From Armatimonadota bacterium (GTDB taxonomy: Bacteria > Armatimonadota > UBA5829 > DSUL01): a stretch of DNA of 64,000 bases. The notes below the pieces were generated by a model that saw only the letters and a list, made by a program, of their open reading frames with translations, was not told the origin of the DNA and made no database searches. The stretch spans positions 160,001 to 224,000 of the forward strand of contig JBDHZC010000001.1 in the NCBI GenBank assembly GCA_039811685.1. Direction: 5' to 3'. Of this stretch, positions 1-10,004 are shown one piece after another; the stretch's first letter is position 1, and every line of letters starts with the position of its first letter. Both the position numbers and the translations under genes were made by a program.

Positions 1-101
1 CTTAAATATTGGTAACTGAAAGCGCGCTCGCCCCAGTGTTTAGCGTGGAATCGCGTAATGACGTCTGGCCACAGACGCCGTAAATGCGCATCGTGAGGCA
101 G

Positions 102-251
102 AATACCCGCGTGCATCAGTCAACTCAACGCCGCAGACTTTGTGAGGTTCCCGCTGCACGTGCGGAGTTCTCGGGAGCACACCCAGGTCAGCTGAGGTGT
201 TCGGTCTCCTGTAAAGCGGCGCTGTCTGGTGTAAACCAATGGCCAGGGAAT
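102..251 (-). ncRNA. ssrS: Probable 6S RNA (ends approximate)
   Basis: The minus strand can fold by eye into a rod: CAGCGCCGC/GCGGCGTTG and CATTGGTT/GACTGATG closing stems, a central bubble, and a GCTG/CAGC inner stem. It contains GACCGAAC (template for a pRNA starting GUUCGGUC, as in Bacillus subtilis 6S-1) and CACGTGCAGCGGG. Confidence 0.55.
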
Positions 252-281
252 GCGCCGCTACGCCCGTCGCCAACCAGGGAA

Positions 282-968
282 TTAGTAGTCCAAGCTTTCC
301 CCGACCTTTATCACACGGGCCTTGCGTCCAGTGTCTTGAACGCGGCGCACGAACTCATTCGGGTCTGCTTTGATCAGATCGAACGTGTCGTAGTGCATTG
401 GAACGCTGACGTCGGCGTTGACGAACTCTGCCGCGGTTACCGCGTCATCCAGACCCATGGTGAAGTTGTCGCCAATCGGTAGGAGCGCAAGGTCAATGGC
501 ATTCCTCTCCCCGATTAGCTTCATGTCCAGAAACAGGCCCGTGTCACCGGCGTGGTAAAGCACTTTGCCGTCTGCAGCAATCAGCAGTCCGGCAGGAGGC
601 CCCATGGATATCAGTCCCTCGCCGGTATCAATGGAGTTGCCGTGGTGGGCTATGGTCAGCTTGACACGCCCAAAGTCGAAATCGTGTCCTCCGCCAATGT
701 GCATCGGATGGGCTTTGGCGCCCTGCGACTGGCAGTAACTGGCCAACTCGAAGGTGGAGATAATCGTGGCGTCACATCTTTTTGCAATGTCGAGTGCATC
801 GCCAAAGTGATCTCCATGCGCGTGCGAAAGCAGCACGTAGTCAACCGTCACATCGGAGGCGCTTACTGGCGTCAGGGGATTGCCAGTCAGAAACGGGTCG
901 ATTATCAGGCGGGCAGCGCTGGTCTCGACAAGGAACGCATCATGTCCGAAATAGGTCAGCTTTGGCAT
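282..968 (-). CDS. Metallo-beta-lactamase-fold metal-dependent hydrolase (UPF0173-like)
   Basis: GHDAF, IDPFL, SHAHGDH, HAGDT, LPIGD and PMHYDTF motifs. Confidence 0.9.
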   Translation of the reverse strand: MPKLTYFGHDAFLVETSAARLIIDPFLTGNPLTPVSASDVTVDYVLLSHAHGDHFGDALDIAKRCDATIISTFELASYCQSQGAKAHPMHIGGGHDFDFGRVKLTIAHHGNSIDTGEGLISMGPPAGLLIAADGKVLYHAGDTGLFLDMKLIGERNAIDLALLPIGDNFTMGLDDAVTAAEFVNADVSVPMHYDTFDLIKADPNEFVRRVQDTGRKARVIKVGESLDY

Positions 969-1019
969 AGTCTCTCCAGTCTCGCTCCGAGATATCCGGA
1001 GCGAGACTGCCCATGTCTT

Positions 1020-1265
1020 TTACGCCACGGCCACTGGTTCCTTCAGCTTCAGATAGCCGATGATGGCATCGTCGTCGTCGGCTATGATCTTTTCGCCGTC
1101 TATCAGCGTCGGAACAAAAGTCTGGCCACTGGCCTCTTTGAGCGCCGTGCGCTCTGCATGATCAGAGGGCACTGAAATGACTTCCAGTCCCGGTATCTTC
1201 GTAACATCGATCTCCCGAAGTACATGGTTGCAATACGGGCAGCCATGCAGAACAAACAGTTTCAT
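1020..1265 (-). CDS. Glutaredoxin-family protein
   Basis: CPYC active site, SGQTFVPTL cis-Pro loop, 81 aa, RBS GAGGAG. Confidence 0.88.
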   Translation of the reverse strand: MKLFVLHGCPYCNHVLREIDVTKIPGLEVISVPSDHAERTALKEASGQTFVPTLIDGEKIIADDDDAIIGYLKLKEPVAVA

Positions 1266-1358
1266 AGATATCTCCTCATCTAAGCGCTACGCCGACCCAC
1301 GTTTCAGCGCAGCGCCAGTATATCCATAGAAGTCTTACCCAGATCGCACGATCTGAGC

Positions 1359-2315
1359 CTAGATTATGTCGTGCTCTGTACCGTCGAAGTCCCGGTAGTG
1401 CTCCACGCCGCAGTCCCAGTACTTCAGTGGCACCGGGATTTTGCCACTTCCGTACGGCGTGTCGATGACATAGGTCGGACAGGCCAGCCCACTCAAGGAT
1501 GAACGCAGGCGCGTCATAATCTCGCGCTCTTTTTCCAGGTCAACCCGGAAGTGGCTGATGCCTTCCACGGGGTCGCAGCGGTAGATGTAGTAAGGACGAA
1601 CGCCGATTTCGAAGAGCGTTGTAAACAGCTCGTACAGCGTGTCGTAATCGTCATTTACATCCTTCAGGAACACGGACTGACTGTAGAGGATGCCCCCGAT
1701 AGATTGAAGCTTCTTGACGGCCTCGCGCACTTCGGGCGTAATCTCAAGCGGATGCTCGAAATTCAGGCCCACGTACAGAGTCTGCGGCAGGCGCTTCAGG
1801 ATTTCCAGCTTTTTGTCGCTGACCAGCATCGGGTCCGTCACAGGCACCCGCGTACCCAGACGAATGACTTTCAGGCTGTCAATGCCGGCAAGCGTGTCAA
1901 TGACATAGGAGAACAGCTCTGTGGACACGAAGAGAGGATCTCCACCGGACATAATGGCGTCACGAATCTCCGTATGTTCAGTGAGATAGCTCTTCCACTG
2001 ATCCACCTCTTCCTTGCGAATACGCCCGCGCTCAACGTGAGAGACAATGCGCTTGCGCGTACAGAATCGGCAGTAGGTCGCGCACTGCGCTGTGAGCAGC
2101 AGCAAAGCGCGGTTCGGATATTTGTGTACAAGTCCGCGCACCGGCGTAAACTCGTCCTCGCGAAGCGGGTCGCGCGCCTCGTCCTCCTCCGTGATGAGCT
2201 CCTGCTCATCAAAGACGAACTGTTTGTGGATGGCAGGATCCTTTTGGACCAGTTGTTCAATGTAGCGCGATCGGCGCTCCAGCATCAGGTCTTCGTCGGT
2301 ATCCATCTTGAACAC
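1359..2315 (-). CDS. KamA-family radical SAM enzyme (lysine 2,3-aminomutase-like, short form)
   Basis: HKYPNR, CATYCRFCTRKR (CxxxCxxC), SGGDPL, RLGTRVP, QSVFLKDVND, PTYVID..GSGKIP (PLP lysine). Confidence 0.92.
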   Translation of the reverse strand: MFKMDTDEDLMLERRSRYIEQLVQKDPAIHKQFVFDEQELITEEDEARDPLREDEFTPVRGLVHKYPNRALLLLTAQCATYCRFCTRKRIVSHVERGRIRKEEVDQWKSYLTEHTEIRDAIMSGGDPLFVSTELFSYVIDTLAGIDSLKVIRLGTRVPVTDPMLVSDKKLEILKRLPQTLYVGLNFEHPLEITPEVREAVKKLQSIGGILYSQSVFLKDVNDDYDTLYELFTTLFEIGVRPYYIYRCDPVEGISHFRVDLEKEREIMTRLRSSLSGLACPTYVIDTPYGSGKIPVPLKYWDCGVEHYRDFDGTEHDII

Positions 2316-2330
2316 GGTGTGACACTCCCC

Positions 2331-3824
2331 TCAGGCACAGACAGTCATCACGGCTTCCGACATGCCGTGGATGAGCTTCTTGTTGTCGGGACAGACGGTT
2401 GCCAACACCCCGGCCAGAACAGGCTCATCGTTGACAACATAGTAGTACGGAGATAGCCGGGCACGGCCGTGCATATTGCCTTCGCGGCCGGACGCCGGGT
2501 CAAAGTACCCTACTTTGAGACGTCTTCCCTCATGAAATTCTTGCAGAATGTGTGGCGTCTGCGGATATTCCTCGAGCGCAGAGCGCAGCGCCTGTGCCCA
2601 CTCTTCCTGTGACACGTCATGCCCCACCACGACCCCGCGCGAGCCCCACGCCCGCGGGGAAAATCCGCTCGGTTTCACCACCAGCCGACGCTCTTTCTGG
2701 GACGCATCAGACAATGTCAGAAAGTCTCGTACAGGTTTGCCCCGGAAGGTGAGGCCTTCTATACTCGCGTGTCTGGGGACGGGCGCTGGATCCATCACCC
2801 AGGTTCTGGGCACTACGCGCCTCAAGAGATGGAAATGTTCACCCATCTCCTGCTGCCAGAACTCTGCCAGCCCCGCGTGGTGCAGAAGAGCAAGCGCCAG
2901 TTTCTCTTCCAGAAACGGCTTATAGGGTGGTGAGATCAGTGTTTTGCGCTTTTTGGCTGCGTAAGCGATGAGTTCGGACTTCGGAATGTTGCGCAGGTCA
3001 AACAATTCGTAGAAGCGCCACAGCACCTCAATCCGCCGCCAGTCATTCTCGTCTTCGGCCTGAATAGACAGGCCTTCTTCATCAAATCGAACGTCTCGAG
3101 GATGTACACACCACGCGCTGTATCCGGCTCTGCGTAGCGCCTCTGCCAGCGAGCCCATCTCCTGTCTGTAGCTTTCGGACTCATCGGACACAACGATGGC
3201 CAGAGTCCAGTCGTCTTTCTCCGCCACATCGGAAATCACGCGCGCAAAAGCCTCAGGGATTCCACTGCCACCACCTATGACATCCAGCCCATGATCCGCA
3301 TAGAAAGCGCTCATAATGGCGGTGTCTCCGGCGCCACCAGGGACGCTGTCCAGCTCTGTCACCCACATCTGGTCTTCTCCCAGAATCAGGTCAGGGCGCA
3401 GAAGGCGCGGAAGGTGATGCTTCGAAAAGTGCATCCGCGAGAGATCGGTCAGCCAGGACGGCTTCCCCTGATCCAACCAGTCCTTTACCCAGTCGTTGCC
3501 TTTTCGCAGATAAAGAGCATTGAGTGCCTTGTAGAAAGACCAGACTGCCCATCCGAGTTCGCCGATGAAAGCGGTCTCCTCAGCGCTGAGCGCAAAGGGA
3601 GCGGGGGAGAGACGGTGAAGCTCTGCTTCCGCTTCAGCCTTCCAGACACCTCTCTCGCGCAGAGTCTGCGCCAGTGTCTGTGCAAGATTCCCATGCGAGG
3701 CTTCGACGGCAGACTCTGGAGCTTCTACAGGGACGATACAGGCGCTCCCGGAGGAAGTAGAGCACGCCTCTTTGGATTCGAATTGATTCACGTGTATTAG
3801 TGCCTTTTCACGTACAGGCGGCAC
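2331..3824 (-). CDS. ATP-grasp-type ligase (glutathionylspermidine synthase / circularly permuted ATP-grasp-like)
   Basis: RPDLIL, TELDSVPGG, EEKLAL, VVKPSG..WGSRGV, ILQEF and RLSPYY motifs; the true start may lie downstream. Confidence 0.65.
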   Translation of the reverse strand: MPPVREKALIHVNQFESKEACSTSSGSACIVPVEAPESAVEASHGNLAQTLAQTLRERGVWKAEAEAELHRLSPAPFALSAEETAFIGELGWAVWSFYKALNALYLRKGNDWVKDWLDQGKPSWLTDLSRMHFSKHHLPRLLRPDLILGEDQMWVTELDSVPGGAGDTAIMSAFYADHGLDVIGGGSGIPEAFARVISDVAEKDDWTLAIVVSDESESYRQEMGSLAEALRRAGYSAWCVHPRDVRFDEEGLSIQAEDENDWRRIEVLWRFYELFDLRNIPKSELIAYAAKKRKTLISPPYKPFLEEKLALALLHHAGLAEFWQQEMGEHFHLLRRVVPRTWVMDPAPVPRHASIEGLTFRGKPVRDFLTLSDASQKERRLVVKPSGFSPRAWGSRGVVVGHDVSQEEWAQALRSALEEYPQTPHILQEFHEGRRLKVGYFDPASGREGNMHGRARLSPYYYVVNDEPVLAGVLATVCPDNKKLIHGMSEAVMTVCA

Positions 3825-4127
3825 GGCCGCAGTGGCCGTAGCTCTGCCCGATTATACCCTCTCTGCCCGAACTTTACAGGCATGGGCGGTGAGCTTGTGG
3901 ACGATTTCACGCCAAAGAAGAGACACGCGATCGTCTCAGCAAACCGCCTATGGCCAACAAACTAAAGGCATTTTGCGCCCACAGTGTTCCCGCAAACAGG
4001 CATCAGTGGTATCATTGACCTGCCAGCGCTTTCTTAGCTGGTCAGCCGCAGGCTCAATTGAACCGGCCACGGGAAGAGTCTGCAGGGATGATTTCGCAAC
4101 GTCACACAGTCGCTTTGTAACGGTCAG

Positions 4128-6290
4128 GTGCTCCAGATGAAGGTAAGCGTAGTTACTCTCGTCTTTATCGCGCTCGTCTGTCCTGCGCAGTCGAGTCAGG
4201 TGCTGGTGAGTATTCCGATGGACCAGCAGATAGATACCGGACAGGGAGCGGCGATTACCGGGTTCACTGAGTTCGCCACAGATGGCTCTGTTGGCTTCTG
4301 CCGCAAGAGACTGTCCGGCGGCGGCTGGTATTTCGGGCCGGAAGTCAACCTCGCCAGAGCCGGCTACGCCCCGTATGTGGACATGTCCGCGCCCGGCAGC
4401 CAGATTCGCTACACCGCCCGCTACTTTCAGGGCGGTGGAAACACAAATCCGTACGGAGATGCTCCGATCTTCGTGACTCTGCGCGATGTCAACGGATTCT
4501 CCCGCAATCTCGGCATCTCTTACGGGCCACGCCCGAATCCGGTGTATCCGGCCTGGATTGAGGTCTCCGATAGCATGACCGCCGACGATGGAGATCAGAG
4601 CTTTGACCCATCCAGAGTCGTTGAGGTCGCGTTCTACGGTACGGACTGGGCGGGGGCTGGCCAGGACTTCATCGAGGTTCGTGACCTCACCCTTGTCGCA
4701 GGCACCACGTACAACCCTGTTTCTATTCCTACGGTGAAACAGTCCGGGATTGGCAGCGAGATGGATACGGAAGGCGTGGTCACCGCGACATTTCCACTGC
4801 AAGGCCGATTCTATATCCAGGACTTGACCATGGCGGTAGGTCTGCAGATAAGGTCCAGCGCGCTTCCGGAGATTGGCGAGCGGATCCAGGTCAAGGGCAC
4901 ACTTCAGAAAGACCTTCAGACTGAGGAGCTTTTTCTGGATGCGTCTGAGTGGGGTTCCACCGGGATCGAGGAGCTTCGTCCGATTTTTATGCAAGTCTCC
5001 AGACTCGGCGGAGCGGACGCTGGATCTCAAAGGGGCGTTGAAGGCGGACAGGGCGCTAACAATGTGGGTCTATTGGTGAAGGTCTGGGGGACAGTGCTGG
5101 ACAAGAGCCCGAACTGTGAGACGATCACACTCTCGGATGTGAGTGGCCTTGCCCAGCCGCTGAAAGTTGATCTTTCCGGCCTCAGCCCGGGGCGCAGACT
5201 TAACACCTCAGCCGGTGAGCGCATTCTGATCACGGGTATCTCCAGCCTCTACCAAGATGACAGTGGAAAGATTCGATCGGCGCTGCTCTGCCGTGGCCTG
5301 GTTGACTACGACAGCTACTTCACGCAAGAGACTGCCCCTCCGGTCATCAAGGTCGCTGTCCTGAACTGTGATCCCTATTGTCCGGCCTACGGTAACAAAC
5401 GAACGCACGAGCACTTCGGCTGGAACGACACACAGGACCTGGTTGACGAGTATATCGCCGACATGCGCCACGCGAGCGGAGGATGGTGTCAGTACGAAGT
5501 CGTGTCGTGGTTTGACGCTCAGTACTATCCAAAGTTTGACGACGGCTTCCAGTACACACCAGATGACTATGTCACCGCCTGGACCAATCAGACGCTGCAT
5601 ACGGGCAGTACCGATTACGGCGTTCTGATGTCTGACGCGTCTTACCCGCACAACCAGCCGTCCAGCTATAGCAGCCGGGTTGACGCAGGCGAGATAGACG
5701 AAGTGTGGGTGTTTGCTCCTCCCGGGTCTTACGCCGGGTGGGAGGCCAGCATGGTCGGCCCGCGCCCGTTCTTCGTCAACGGTGGCGTTTACACGTTGCC
5801 GGGCTCAATCCGGAACTTCGTCGTCATGGGGTTCAACTTCGAACGCGGTGTTGGCGAGATGCTGGAGGACTTCGTACACCGGTCAGAGTGCACGATGTCG
5901 CATGTTTATGGCCCTCCGGACTGGTGGTTCCCGACTTTCCCTGCGACCAGCAACTGGGATCGCTTCCGTATGATAGACCTGCGAGGTCCAGGCGAGTCAG
6001 CCGTGGGTATGTGCCACTACGCTCCGAATAGCGCAACTGACTATGACTGGGGGAATATGACTCCGGTCTGGAGTATGTGCGATGACTGGCTGACCAACTG
6101 GCCGGCCCTGCAGGGCGCTAGTACGAAGCGGATTGTGGACGCGACGGAGTGGGGTAGCGGCGACATCCGCCTGCATCACAGGTGGTGGCTGGAGCGTTTG
6201 CCACGAGCATCGGGGGTCAACCTGGACGGCAAGCAGAACAACTGGTGGCGCTATATCCTCACGCACTGGCTCTATCCTGAGACGAACTAA
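4128..6290 (+). CDS. Secreted modular protein: CBM-like domain, tandem OB-like module, uncharacterised Trp-rich C-terminal domain
   Basis: 720-aa ORF with signal peptide (likely start at ATG 4137); GANNVGLLVKVWG module shared with three other ORFs here. Confidence 0.75.
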   Translation: MLQMKVSVVTLVFIALVCPAQSSQVLVSIPMDQQIDTGQGAAITGFTEFATDGSVGFCRKRLSGGGWYFGPEVNLARAGYAPYVDMSAPGSQIRYTARYFQGGGNTNPYGDAPIFVTLRDVNGFSRNLGISYGPRPNPVYPAWIEVSDSMTADDGDQSFDPSRVVEVAFYGTDWAGAGQDFIEVRDLTLVAGTTYNPVSIPTVKQSGIGSEMDTEGVVTATFPLQGRFYIQDLTMAVGLQIRSSALPEIGERIQVKGTLQKDLQTEELFLDASEWGSTGIEELRPIFMQVSRLGGADAGSQRGVEGGQGANNVGLLVKVWGTVLDKSPNCETITLSDVSGLAQPLKVDLSGLSPGRRLNTSAGERILITGISSLYQDDSGKIRSALLCRGLVDYDSYFTQETAPPVIKVAVLNCDPYCPAYGNKRTHEHFGWNDTQDLVDEYIADMRHASGGWCQYEVVSWFDAQYYPKFDDGFQYTPDDYVTAWTNQTLHTGSTDYGVLMSDASYPHNQPSSYSSRVDAGEIDEVWVFAPPGSYAGWEASMVGPRPFFVNGGVYTLPGSIRNFVVMGFNFERGVGEMLEDFVHRSECTMSHVYGPPDWWFPTFPATSNWDRFRMIDLRGPGESAVGMCHYAPNSATDYDWGNMTPVWSMCDDWLTNWPALQGASTKRIVDATEWGSGDIRLHHRWWLERLPRASGVNLDGKQNNWWRYILTHWLYPETN

Positions 6291-6371
6291 AGCCGCTGCA
6301 AGTACCGGACGCACAAATCTGTTGGACCCGCTACTCTCTCACTCTTCAGACTCCCGATCGAGAGCAGTGTG

Positions 6372-7265
6372 TCAGTCAGGCTTCACAGGTGGTGTTGGCA
6401 TACTTGGGGGAGCAGACCCTGGCGATGGCGCGGCGCCTGGCTTGCGCTGGCGTCCACCCATCATCTTTTCCATCTGCTTGGAAAGGTCGCCCATACTCAT
6501 CACCTGCGCTCCGGCAGGCAGTTCGAAGTCCTTGTCTGGAACCGAATTGATGGACGAATATCGCATCTTGACGGTCTTCCCGTTCGCAGTTGCCTGTCTT
6601 GGGAGGGCGTACTGCTTGTCTATCCAGGCCGTACTGGATGGTGTGGAGACTTTCCAGCACACCACGCCGTCCACTGTGTCTGTGGTGATCTTGGGCTTTT
6701 CCGATTGGAGTCGCTTGAGAGACAACTCTGCCGCGTGAGCGGCGTCGTTGTTCTTGGAGGGCGGCATGCTCATCTTCATTACTGGGCCGCCCTGTGGAGC
6801 CTGGACGTACTGCACTTTTTTGTCCAACTGCATCAGGCTCCATCCCTGTCCAGCCGTCGAAGACTTGATACGCACCGGGGCGCCGTCTTTCAGCTTGACG
6901 CTCTGCGTCACCTTGTTCCCCTGAATGTCCATCGTGACAGTGTAGCTCTTGAGCGACTTCTGAGCTGTCGCAATCTGAGACCACGGGTTGGACGAGGACG
7001 ACGAGGCTGTCTTGTCGGGCTGGCCTGGCTCTGTCGCCGTTGCGGCGCTTGTTTCTTTGGAGTCCGGCGCTTTAGTTGCTGAAGTGGTCGGCGCGGACGG
7101 TGACGATGAGTTCGAAGTGGTTTTGGGATTTTCAGGCTTCGCACAGCCGCTTAGCGCTGCCAGCGCTGCAAGTGACAGAGTGAGCAGTGTGAAGCTGCCG
7201 TTCCGGGAGAAGCAAGAAAGTTTGCCGAGTCTCAGATGCCGCATTTTGGAATTCCTCGTGTCCAT
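6372..7265 (-). CDS. Putative lipoprotein with S/T/P-rich linker and possible LolA-like C-terminal domain
   Basis: Lipobox-like LAALSGC, low-complexity linker, VPDKDFELPAG. Confidence 0.65.
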   Translation of the reverse strand: MDTRNSKMRHLRLGKLSCFSRNGSFTLLTLSLAALAALSGCAKPENPKTTSNSSSPSAPTTSATKAPDSKETSAATATEPGQPDKTASSSSSNPWSQIATAQKSLKSYTVTMDIQGNKVTQSVKLKDGAPVRIKSSTAGQGWSLMQLDKKVQYVQAPQGGPVMKMSMPPSKNNDAAHAAELSLKRLQSEKPKITTDTVDGVVCWKVSTPSSTAWIDKQYALPRQATANGKTVKMRYSSINSVPDKDFELPAGAQVMSMGDLSKQMEKMMGGRQRKPGAAPSPGSAPPSMPTPPVKPD

Positions 7266-7463
7266 TTTGTCTTCAGGTTAGTTGCGCGCTTGCCGCAGTC
7301 TGCGCAAAGACAGAAGACACCGTTCAACGTGCGGCGCCCATCGTCCTGCTTCGCCTTGCATTTTTTGTTGAAACGCATATGTTTGAGGGTCGGGCTTGAC
7401 CTGTGTCCTTTGTGCGGGCTTCCACTGGCACACGAATCGTCATCGGTCCTGGCGGCGGTTTGT

Positions 7464-7477
7464 AGTGAGCGTTCACA
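7464..7477. promoter_or_regulatory. LacI-family-like operator
   Basis: AGTGAGCGTTCACA, two differences from symmetric TGTGAGCGCTCACA, in a divergent intergenic region. Confidence 0.35.
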
Positions 7478-7553
7478 GTCACACACTGGAACAGAAAATG
7501 CTGAAAATATGATAGCGTGCCCTCGTGCTGATTTGCTGCGTGACAATCAGACG

Positions 7554-7582
7554 TTGACTTTGTGAACGGACGGGCTTACAAT
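7554..7582 (+). promoter_or_regulatory. sigma70-type promoter
   Basis: TTGACT-N17-TACAAT upstream of the CotH operon. Confidence 0.6.
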
Positions 7583-7652
7583 ATCAACAGTAACTTCTGT
7601 CGTGCGCCCGGCCAGGATGAAGGACGTCACGTGAATTGGGGGAGGTCGCCCA

Positions 7653-10004
7653 TTGACTATGACAAGAGCCGGCTGTGGCATGCTGACGAAGGCAGCGCTG
7701 ATTGCCTCGCTTCTACTCGCATTGTCTTCCACTTCAATGCGGGCCATTGGCGGGCTCTACCTTAACGAGATGATGAGTTCCAACGCGAACTCTATCACCG
7801 ATGAAGACGGAAGCCATCCCGACTGGGTCGAGCTTTACAATTCAGGGCCGGAGGCGGTTGATCTTCAGGGATATGGACTGACTGACAAGCCCGCCTCTCC
7901 GTTCAAGTGGGTTTTTCCCTCAAAGACGATCGCTTCAGGGGAATACCTGTTGGTATTCTGCTCCGACAAGAACCGTCTCAGCGGTCCTTACCTCCACACG
8001 AACTTCAAGATCAGCGCCAGCGGTGAGACCATTGTGCTAACAGCGCCAGGTGGGCAACTTGTAGACAGTCTGCCGCCGATTTCCCTGCAACAGGATGAGT
8101 CCTATGGCCGCAAGCCCGACGGCGGCACGCAACTGGTTCACTTTCTCGAGCCAACTCCGGGCGCATCGAATACCACTCAAGGGTACACGGAGTTGCTTCA
8201 GGCTGTCACTCTGTCTCCGTCCGCAGGGTTCTACACCTCAGATGTGTCCGTAAGTGCGACATCACCGGATGCCGGCGTCACGATCCGCTACACTACGGAT
8301 GGATCTGTTCCCACAGAGACCTCACCCGTTCTGCCGATACCGCTGACGGTGCACAGTCGCGCTGGGGAGAGTCCTGTGATTGCGCTAATCGGGAACACTC
8401 CGCCGGAAGCTCCGCCCTGGGCGATGTGGCGTCCGCCGGCAGGGGAGGTGTTTATGGGTACGGTTGTGCGGGCGCGGGCATTCAAGCAGGGCGCTGCGCC
8501 AGGCCGCGTCGCTACCAGTACATATTTCGTTGATCCAGAAATGCCCACCCGCTACAGCTTGCCGGTGATTTCACTCGCGACCGACGCCAGCAATCTGTTT
8601 GACTACAACACCGGAATCTACGTCCCAGGCGCAAACTACAACCCTGCCGACTACGATCACACGGGCAACTATCAGATGAAAGGTAGCGCGTGGGAGCGTC
8701 CTGTGCACGTTGAATTCTTTGAGACGGGTGGGCAGATGAAGTTCTCCCAGGATGCAGGCGTCCGGATTCATGGCGGTGGCAGCAGCGTCTATCCTGAGAA
8801 GAGCTTGCGGCTTTACGCAGACGGCTACTCGGACGCGGGCGAGTTCGTGTACAAGATCTTTCCATCGCTGTGGATAACGAGCTTCACGCGTATCATTCTT
8901 CGCAATTCCGGCAATGACTGGCTGGCGTCCCTGATGCGAGACGGCATGACCCAGGGCCTTATGGAAGGCACAGAGGTGGACTGCCAGGCCTATCGCCCAA
9001 GCATTCTGTTTATCAACGGGGAGTTCTGGGGCATCCATAATATCCGCGAACGCTATGACAAGTACTACATAGAGAGTCATCACGGTGAAGAGGATGTGGA
9101 TCTCATCGAGTCAACTGGTGAGGTGAATGAGGGTGACGACATCGCCTGGAATGCCCTGCAGACCTACGTCTTTGAACACGATCTGAGGGATGCGGATGCG
9201 TACAGCTACATTGAGCAGCACGTTGACCTGCAGAACTTCATTGACTACAACCTGATCGAGATATTCTGCCGCAATACGGATTGGCCCGCTGTCAACAGCC
9301 GCTACTGGCGTCCACGCACACCGGATGGGAAGTGGAGATGGATGCTCTACGACACCGACTCCGGGTTTGGCATGAGCGGAGGAGACACGGCTTATAAGCA
9401 TGAGAGTCTAGCTTTCGCCAGCGCCCAGACCAGTCCGTACTACTACTATCCCAATGGAGATAAGTTCACGCGATTACTGCGGAAGCTTCTGCGCAATACA
9501 ACATTTCGAGCCCGGTTTGTCAACCGGATGGCGGACTTTCTCAACTCGCGATTCTCTACAGACAGCGTCATCGCCCAGATTGACGCCAAAGCCTCCGCCA
9601 TCCAGCCGCACATCCAGGAGCATCTGAGCCGCTGGGGAAGAACCGATACTCTTCAATCGTGGCTGACCCGTATCGAGGTCCTGCGCACGTTTGCCCGGGA
9701 ACGCCCGGACATTATGCGCAGACAGTTTGTCAAGTTCTTTGGGTTTGGGGGAACGGCGGAGGTGACTGTGAATACGGCAGGGGGCGGGTCTGGAACAGTC
9801 CGGGTGAACTCACTCAGCGTTACTCCAGGCGAAACGCCCTGGAACGGAGTTTACTTTCAGGACATTCCGATAGAGCTTGAAGCAACGCCCTCCCCGGGAT
9901 CTCATTTTGCGGGATGGGAGGGAATCAACGCAGGCGGCGCTACGGCGCAGGTGACGCTAACTGGAGACCTGAGCGTGACAGCCCGCTTTGAGGTGAACCC
10001 ATGA
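7653..10004 (+). CDS. CotH-kinase family protein with lamin-tail and chitobiase/Fn3-like domains
   Basis: LNEMMSSN..DWVELYN (LTD); IRYTTDGSVP; GVRIHGG, KSLRLY, LRNSGND, DWPAVN, WRWMLYDTD (CotH). Confidence 0.88.
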   Translation: MTMTRAGCGMLTKAALIASLLLALSSTSMRAIGGLYLNEMMSSNANSITDEDGSHPDWVELYNSGPEAVDLQGYGLTDKPASPFKWVFPSKTIASGEYLLVFCSDKNRLSGPYLHTNFKISASGETIVLTAPGGQLVDSLPPISLQQDESYGRKPDGGTQLVHFLEPTPGASNTTQGYTELLQAVTLSPSAGFYTSDVSVSATSPDAGVTIRYTTDGSVPTETSPVLPIPLTVHSRAGESPVIALIGNTPPEAPPWAMWRPPAGEVFMGTVVRARAFKQGAAPGRVATSTYFVDPEMPTRYSLPVISLATDASNLFDYNTGIYVPGANYNPADYDHTGNYQMKGSAWERPVHVEFFETGGQMKFSQDAGVRIHGGGSSVYPEKSLRLYADGYSDAGEFVYKIFPSLWITSFTRIILRNSGNDWLASLMRDGMTQGLMEGTEVDCQAYRPSILFINGEFWGIHNIRERYDKYYIESHHGEEDVDLIESTGEVNEGDDIAWNALQTYVFEHDLRDADAYSYIEQHVDLQNFIDYNLIEIFCRNTDWPAVNSRYWRPRTPDGKWRWMLYDTDSGFGMSGGDTAYKHESLAFASAQTSPYYYYPNGDKFTRLLRKLLRNTTFRARFVNRMADFLNSRFSTDSVIAQIDAKASAIQPHIQEHLSRWGRTDTLQSWLTRIEVLRTFARERPDIMRRQFVKFFGFGGTAEVTVNTAGGGSGTVRVNSLSVTPGETPWNGVYFQDIPIELEATPSPGSHFAGWEGINAGGATAQVTLTGDLSVTARFEVNP

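Noticed and set aside
1359..2315. Naming the gene epmB, ablA or kamA
   Set aside because: The family is clear, but no diagnostic partner genes are nearby, so no symbol was assigned.
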